DNA of 63,871 bases, counting the filler. It is 5 parts of 5 records of this genome, joined end to end, with 100 filler letters (N's around TTAATTAATTAA, not from the genome) between each part and the next. Parts side by side here need not be neighbours in the genome. Positions count along the whole stretch, not along the records: positions 57,756 to 63,871 come from SRR20825006_332; 4 more parts are not named here. The stretch is one strand, 5' to 3'. Of the stretch, positions 60,264 to 63,871 are shown piece by piece. A program made the translations under genes and the position numbers. The notes beneath the pieces were generated by a model, which was not told the origin of the DNA, did not search any database, and saw only the letters and a list, made by a program, of their open reading frames with translations. Within the stretch, counting starts at the first letter, position 1, and each line of letters begins with the position of its first letter.

Positions 60264-61136
60264 ATGTTAAGCTATGCAATATTTTCCGGGATCACGCTTG
60301 GCGGCATGTATGCACTCGTCGCCATGGGGCTGACCCTGCAATACGGAGTATCGCGCATCATGAACCTCGCCTATGGCGAGTTGGTGATCGTCGCATCCTT
60401 TATTGCCTTTGTTTTCATGACCTCGTTCGGGATTAACCCGATTGTCGGTCTTCTGATCATTATCCCGCTAAGCTTCGCTCTGAACTGGGTGATCTATCGC
60501 ATCCTGCTGACCCCGCTGGTCGCACGGGCAAAGAACCGCGGCATGCTTGAAGTCGACAGCATTCTGGCCACCTTTGGCCTGCTGTTCATTGTTCAGGGCG
60601 TGCTGCTGGTCTGGTTTGGCGGTAATTATTACAGCTATGACTTCATGAATGGTGCCGTGAATGTGTTTGGCGCAGCAATTGCTGCCAACCGTCTGGTTGC
60701 CCTTGGCTTTGCTGTTGTTATCGGGCTTGGCTTTTATGTCATCCTGACCAGGACACGGATTGGCACGGCTCTTCGCGCTGTTGCTGTTGATCCGACCTCT
60801 GCCCGTCTGGTTGCGATTGATGTCAATTTTGCCTCCTGCTTTGCCTTTGCCCTTGGTGGTGCAATGGCCGCTGTCGGTGGCGTTCTGGTCAGCATGTTTC
60901 TGACCTTCTCAACATCGATGGGCGTTGTCTTTACCATGAAGGCATTGATTGTCGTGATCATGGGCGGAGTTGGCAACTTACTTGGTGCGCTGATCGCAGG
61001 CCTGATCCTTGGCGTGGCGGAAAGTCTGGTCGCGACCTATGTTGATCCGGGCCTGACGATTGCGGTCACTTACGTCATCTTCCTTCTGGTCTTGCTGATC
61101 AAACCATCCGGCCTGTTCGGGAGGGCATCTTCATGA
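60264..61136 (+). CDS. LivH-type ABC permease
   Basis: YALVAMGLTL, NLAYGE, IMGGVG. Confidence 0.92.
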   Translation: MLSYAIFSGITLGGMYALVAMGLTLQYGVSRIMNLAYGELVIVASFIAFVFMTSFGINPIVGLLIIIPLSFALNWVIYRILLTPLVARAKNRGMLEVDSILATFGLLFIVQGVLLVWFGGNYYSYDFMNGAVNVFGAAIAANRLVALGFAVVIGLGFYVILTRTRIGTALRAVAVDPTSARLVAIDVNFASCFAFALGGAMAAVGGVLVSMFLTFSTSMGVVFTMKALIVVIMGGVGNLLGALIAGLILGVAESLVATYVDPGLTIAVTYVIFLLVLLIKPSGLFGRASS

Positions 61137-62119
61137 GCATCCTGAAACCTGACTTCATCAAGCCGGTTGGCTTGGGTGCCGTAATCTTTGCCGCCCTTGC
61201 CTTCCTGCCGACCTTTGTCGACAACTACTATATGTCGCTTGCCATCAGTGTGGTCAGCTTTGCCGTGCTTGCGACCGCTTGGTCAATGTTCTCTGGCCCG
61301 ACGCGCTATATCTCGTTGGCAACGGTCGTGTTCTTTGGCATCGGTGCCTATACGGTGGCCGTTCTTGGCGAACATATGGCCTTTCCGCTGGTTCTTGTCT
61401 GTGCCGCACTGGCCGGTACAGTCGTTGCCCTTCTGGTCGGGTTTTCCACCCTGCGGCTGGCCGGTGTTTACTTCGTGATCTTTACCTTTGGCCTGACCGA
61501 ACTGGTGCGTCAGGTTGTCAGTTGGTACGAAGTCAATGTCACCCGCGAAATGGGTCGTTATGTCTTTCTTGATATCACCCAGAACGACATTTACTGGCAA
61601 TTGCTTGCATTATTTGCCGTCCTGCTTCTGACCGGCTTTATTCTGGCCCGGTCCCGGCTTGGCTTTGCGCTGCGCATCATTGGCGAAGACGAAACCGTCG
61701 CCAAACATTGCGGCATTGATGTTACCCGCGTCAAAGTTGCCCTGTTTGTTCTCTCGGCTTTGTTCATGACCCTGACCGGTGCCATCATGGCGCCACGTTG
61801 GACCTATATCGATCCCTTGATTGCCTTTAACCCGATGCTGTCCTTCCAGGTTGTCATTATGGCGCTTCTGGGTGGTCCGCGCCGGTTACTCGGTCCGCTG
61901 TTGGGGGTTATTCCACTGACCTTGCTGTTTGAAGTTCTGACCGCAAGTTTCCCGAACCATTTCAGCATCCTTCTGGGCTGTGTGTTCATGGTGATTGTCT
62001 ATCTTCTGCCCGGCGGTGTGCTTGGACTTTATGAAAAGTACCGTGCGCCGAAAAAGCGCCCCCTTTCGCCGCCGAACGGCACAGATGGCACCACCAAGTC
62101 AGAGGAGAAAACAGCATGA
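61133..62119 (+). CDS. LivM-type ABC permease
   Basis: FFGIGAY, LRLAGVYF, LLGG. Confidence 0.92.
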   Translation: MSILKPDFIKPVGLGAVIFAALAFLPTFVDNYYMSLAISVVSFAVLATAWSMFSGPTRYISLATVVFFGIGAYTVAVLGEHMAFPLVLVCAALAGTVVALLVGFSTLRLAGVYFVIFTFGLTELVRQVVSWYEVNVTREMGRYVFLDITQNDIYWQLLALFAVLLLTGFILARSRLGFALRIIGEDETVAKHCGIDVTRVKVALFVLSALFMTLTGAIMAPRWTYIDPLIAFNPMLSFQVVIMALLGGPRRLLGPLLGVIPLTLLFEVLTASFPNHFSILLGCVFMVIVYLLPGGVLGLYEKYRAPKKRPLSPPNGTDGTTKSEEKTA

Positions 62120-62850
62120 CATCGCAAGTTCTTCTGTCGATTGATGGTCTGCACAAGGCCTTTGGCGGATTGATTGCCGTCAATCAGATGCAGTTTGATG
62201 TCCATGAAGGTGAAATTGTCGGCCTGCTGGGTCCCAATGGATCGGGCAAGACAACCGTGATGAACCTGATATCGGGTGCCCTGTCACCTGACGAAGGCAA
62301 GGTCGTCATTGGCGGCAAAAACATCACAAGCCTTCCGGCCCACAAAATCAGCCATTCCGGCGTTGCACGTACATTCCAACTGGTGCGCGTTTTGCCCGAT
62401 CTTGATTGCATCGAAAACATCGAAGCCGGTCTTGCCTATCGCAACAATCCGCTTTGGGGTGAAAGTGCCCATAAAGCAGCCCATGATCTTCTGGATCGGA
62501 TTGGTCTTGCCAAACAGGCCCACACACCTGCTGGTGATCTGACCTATATCGATCAGAAACGTTTGGAACTGGGTCGTGCCCTGGCCCTGCAACCCAAGTT
62601 ATTATTGCTCGATGAATGGCTGGCCGGATTGAACCCGTCAGAACTTCAAGATGGCATCACGCTTGTCCGCAAACTCAAGGACGAAGGCCTGACCATCATC
62701 ATGGTTGAACATGTGATGGACGCCATCCGCAGCCTGTGTGATCGCTGTGTTGTGATGAATGCCGGGGCCAAGATTGCCGATGGCACGCCTGATGAAGTTC
62801 TTTCCGACCCGGAAGTTGTCCGCGCCTATCTTGGAGACAGCCATGCTTGA
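62116..62850 (+). CDS. LivG-type ABC ATPase
   Basis: GPNGSGKT, ARTFQ, LLLDE, VEH. Confidence 0.93.
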   Translation: MTSQVLLSIDGLHKAFGGLIAVNQMQFDVHEGEIVGLLGPNGSGKTTVMNLISGALSPDEGKVVIGGKNITSLPAHKISHSGVARTFQLVRVLPDLDCIENIEAGLAYRNNPLWGESAHKAAHDLLDRIGLAKQAHTPAGDLTYIDQKRLELGRALALQPKLLLLDEWLAGLNPSELQDGITLVRKLKDEGLTIIMVEHVMDAIRSLCDRCVVMNAGAKIADGTPDEVLSDPEVVRAYLGDSHA

Positions 62851-63559
62851 AATTAAAAACCTGTCTGTTTCCTATGGCAAACATGCCGCCCTGCGCGGGG
62901 TTGATGTCAATGTTCAGCGCGGTGAAATCGTTGTCATGCTTGGTGCCAATGGTGCCGGGAAAAGCAGCCTGCTCAAAGCCTGCGCCGGTCTGGTCACCGC
63001 CCATGATGATACCAGCATCAATTTATCAGGCAGCGAGCTTACCGATCTTCCGGCCCATAAAATTGTCGAGGCGGGCTTGGCCCTTGTCCCCGAAGGTCGC
63101 GGGATTTTCGGCGAACTGACGGTGCGCGAAAATCTTGAACTTGGTGCCTTTGCCAAACGCGCCCGCGCGGCGGAAAAGCAAAATCTCGAACGTGTGATTG
63201 ATCTTTTCCCCAAACTGGCAGAACGGCTTGATCAGGCCGCCCGCACCATGAGCGGCGGCGAACAGCAAATGGTCGCCATTGGTCGTGCATTGATGTCCAA
63301 CCCGGATATCCTGTTGCTTGATGAACCCTCCCTTGGTCTGTCGCCGATTATGACCGGCGATTTGTTCAAGGCACTTGCCGCCATTCGAAAAACCGGGGTT
63401 GGTGTGCTTCTGGTCGAACAGAACGCCCATCAGTCCCTTGCCATATCAGATCGGGGATATCTGATCGAAAACGGGGCCATCACCGGGCAGGATACTGCCA
63501 AGGCACTGCAATCCGACCCTGCTGTGCAAAAGGCCTTCCTTGGCCTTGGGGCTGCATAA
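62843..63559 (+). CDS. LivF-type ABC ATPase
   Basis: GANGAGKS, VPEGR, MSGGEQQM, LDEPSLGL. Confidence 0.93.
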   Translation: MLEIKNLSVSYGKHAALRGVDVNVQRGEIVVMLGANGAGKSSLLKACAGLVTAHDDTSINLSGSELTDLPAHKIVEAGLALVPEGRGIFGELTVRENLELGAFAKRARAAEKQNLERVIDLFPKLAERLDQAARTMSGGEQQMVAIGRALMSNPDILLLDEPSLGLSPIMTGDLFKALAAIRKTGVGVLLVEQNAHQSLAISDRGYLIENGAITGQDTAKALQSDPAVQKAFLGLGAA

Positions 63560-63613
63560 CATGCCGCTTTTCGCCACCTCACAGCAGACCATGAGAAACT
63601 CAGGAGAAACGTC

Positions 63614-63871
63614 ATGAACGATGTAAAACTGTTGATCGACAATCAGGATGTAAGCGCTTCAAACAACCGCACGTTTGAACGCAAAAACCCGGTGACCGGT
63701 GAAACGGCAACCGTTGCCGCCGCCGCCAGTGCCGCCGACGCCCGCAAGGCCGCCGATGCCGCAGCAGCAGCCTTTCCGGAATGGTCCAAAATGGGTCCGG
63801 GCGCACGCCGCAAGGTGTTGCTAAAGGCCGCCGACATTATGGAATCAAAGGCCGGTGAATTCGGTCAGCTG
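63614..63871 (+). CDS. Aldehyde dehydrogenase (vanillin/salicylaldehyde dehydrogenase-like), runs off the window
   Basis: AGGAG RBS; TFERKNPVTGE...AAAAAFPEWS...GPGARRKVLLKAAD; missing from the ORF track. Confidence 0.82.
   Translation, partial: MNDVKLLIDNQDVSASNNRTFERKNPVTGETATVAAAASAADARKAADAAAAAFPEWSKMGPGARRKVLLKAADIMESKAGEFGQL

Overview
The window is not one locus. It holds five contigs joined by four identical 100-nt artificial linkers (N44-TTAATTAATTAA-N44), and they come from at least four organisms. (1) 1-28947: AT-rich Bacteroidota, Flavobacteriales-like. An accessory-gene region follows tRNA-His and contains two different HipA-family kinase modules, a divergent Fur-family / FAD-oxidoreductase / methyltransferase locus, a GRDP-like gene coupled to a protein with a Cys/Ser/Gly tail, and a His-rich CxxC...RGPP leader ORF upstream of a TonB-dependent receptor and a tiny CxxCH lipoprotein. 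(2) 29048-36147: high-GC Rhodobacteraceae-like, with LacI, ycaQ-like, pxpBCA and LexA-boxed imuAB. (3) 36248-49598: Flavobacteriaceae core genes (tsf, pyrH, frr, asnS, rpoN, exbD) plus a candidate sRNA. (4) 49699-57655: Flavobacteriaceae, with a probable sulfonolipid (capnine) capA...capB locus interrupted by JmjC-hydroxylase and SDR genes. (5) 57756-63871: mid-GC alphaproteobacterium (Thalassospira-like) with an AraC regulator, a Liv-type ABC transporter and an aromatic aldehyde dehydrogenase. The best leads are the JmjC+SDR insertion in the sulfonolipid locus, the RGPP arrest-peptide-like metal-uptake operon, the GRDP/Cys-tail pair and the Fur-regulated dithiol-oxidase-like operon. All family and taxon calls come from motif recognition by eye; no searches were run.
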